Shown here: positions 63,185 to 64,000 of the stretch, piece after piece
Position numbering within the stretch: the first letter of the stretch is position 1
How the letters are laid out: every line of letters starts with the position of its first letter
Assembly (NCBI GenBank): GCA_963845145.1
Contig: CAWJQU010000002.1
Span: forward strand, 224,001-288,000
Direction of reading: 5' to 3'
DNA length: 64,000 nt
From: an uncultured delta proteobacterium
GTDB lineage: Bacteria > Desulfobacterota > Desulfobacteria > Desulfobacterales > QNYZ01
Translations under genes and position numbers: made by a program
Notes under the pieces: generated by a model
The model's input: the letters and a program-made list of their open reading frames with translations, nothing else
What the model was told of the DNA's origin: nothing
Databases searched by the model: none

Positions 63185-64000
63185 ATCAACCGATGCAAGG
63201 CTGGGTGAAGACGGTCCATCTGCCAAAACCCTCCTTGTCCAATAATACGGCCGATGCGGATCGTCTCATTGACGTCCTGAAAGCGGAACTTCACGTGGAT
63301 CATATCGGCATGGATCTTGATCTCATGCAGCAGTTACCGGACCGGGTTCGAAAGGCCGATTACCACTTACACGTCATCCTCTTTAAAGACGGGCCGCACT
63401 GGCATCTCGTAAATATCATGCCAGGGGGTGATGCTTGCACCGCAGCCGGCATAGCCGTTGATTTGGGTACCAGCCGCGTGGTGCTACGGTTGGTGGATTT
63501 AGCGACTGGGAAAACGCTTGGTGAAAGCGCGGTGGACAACCCCCAAATCGCCATCGGACCCGATATATTAACCCGCGTCCATTATGCCGATAGTGCCGGC
63601 GGCCGTAAACGGTTACAACAACTCATCGTGGATACTATCAACACACGGATTGACGGCCTTTGCCGCCGCAACCGTTTGACTCCCACCGATGTTCATCTGG
63701 TCACCATCGCCGGCAACACGACCATGACCCATCTGTTTATGGGATTGGCACCGCGACACATCATTCGCGAGCCTTATATTCCGGCAGTCAACCGTCCCGG
63801 TGTGCACAAAACGAAAGATCTGGGGTTGTTGGCGCATACGAACGCACGCGCACTGATCTTTCCCAACATTGGCAGTTATTTCGGGGGAGATCTTATCGCC
63901 GGTATCCTTTTTTCCGGTCTTCACCAAAAAACCGAGACAGGCCTCCTGGTGGATGTGGGCACCAATGCCGAAGTCGTCGTGGGCAATGGCGACTGGTTGA
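63181..64000 (+). CDS. ASKHA-type ATPase (RACo/DUF4445 corrinoid-activator family), 3' truncated by window edge
   Basis: Open frame from ATG at 63181: PSLSNNTADADRL, AVDLGTS, NPQ..GPDILTR, AGNTTMTHL, SYFGGD, VDVGTNAE; no N-terminal 2Fe-2S domain. Confidence 0.85.
   Translation, partial: MNQPMQGWVKTVHLPKPSLSNNTADADRLIDVLKAELHVDHIGMDLDLMQQLPDRVRKADYHLHVILFKDGPHWHLVNIMPGGDACTAAGIAVDLGTSRVVLRLVDLATGKTLGESAVDNPQIAIGPDILTRVHYADSAGGRKRLQQLIVDTINTRIDGLCRRNRLTPTDVHLVTIAGNTTMTHLFMGLAPRHIIREPYIPAVNRPGVHKTKDLGLLAHTNARALIFPNIGSYFGGDLIAGILFSGLHQKTETGLLVDVGTNAEVVVGNGDWL

Noticed and set aside
1..64000. CRISPR array, tRNA or rRNA genes
   Set aside because: No regularly spaced direct repeats, cloverleaf or rRNA motifs recognised by eye

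Overview
Chromosomal window from a sulfate-reducing deltaproteobacterium (Desulfobacterales-like, inferred from tmcDCBA, tetraheme cytochrome c3 and the cooC/ASKHA genes). About 17.3-64 kb is mostly clean housekeeping DNA: tmc, ccdA, pilT/U, coaX-cdaR-folP-ftsH-tilS, large SRP RNA, grpE-dnaK, menaquinone genes, gltA, era, kdsB/waaA, hsp20 and a deacetylase cluster. About 1-16.7 kb is an accessory region with many frameshifts, probably long-read consensus errors. It holds (i) two tandem secreted C25/gingipain-family giant proteins and (ii) an AT-rich RiPP-like cluster: PqqD/RRE, radical SAM-SPASM, an unannotated YxxPxL precursor peptide, an HPr-kinase-like P-loop protein, an S26 peptidase and a monoheme cytochrome, partly duplicated. 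It also holds (iii) a tyrosine-recombinase + IS91 transposase element that is circularly permuted. Its ends abut two attC-like sites around an apparently ORF-less integron-type cassette, and one end carries a patch that looks C-to-T hypermutated. In the core region I found an unannotated small membrane protein with an in-frame UGA and a SECIS-like hairpin, directly upstream of an ECF sigma / zinc anti-sigma pair, plus a Ser/Thr kinase - degenerate GGDEF - FHA-EAL module. All calls come from motif reading only; no searches were run.
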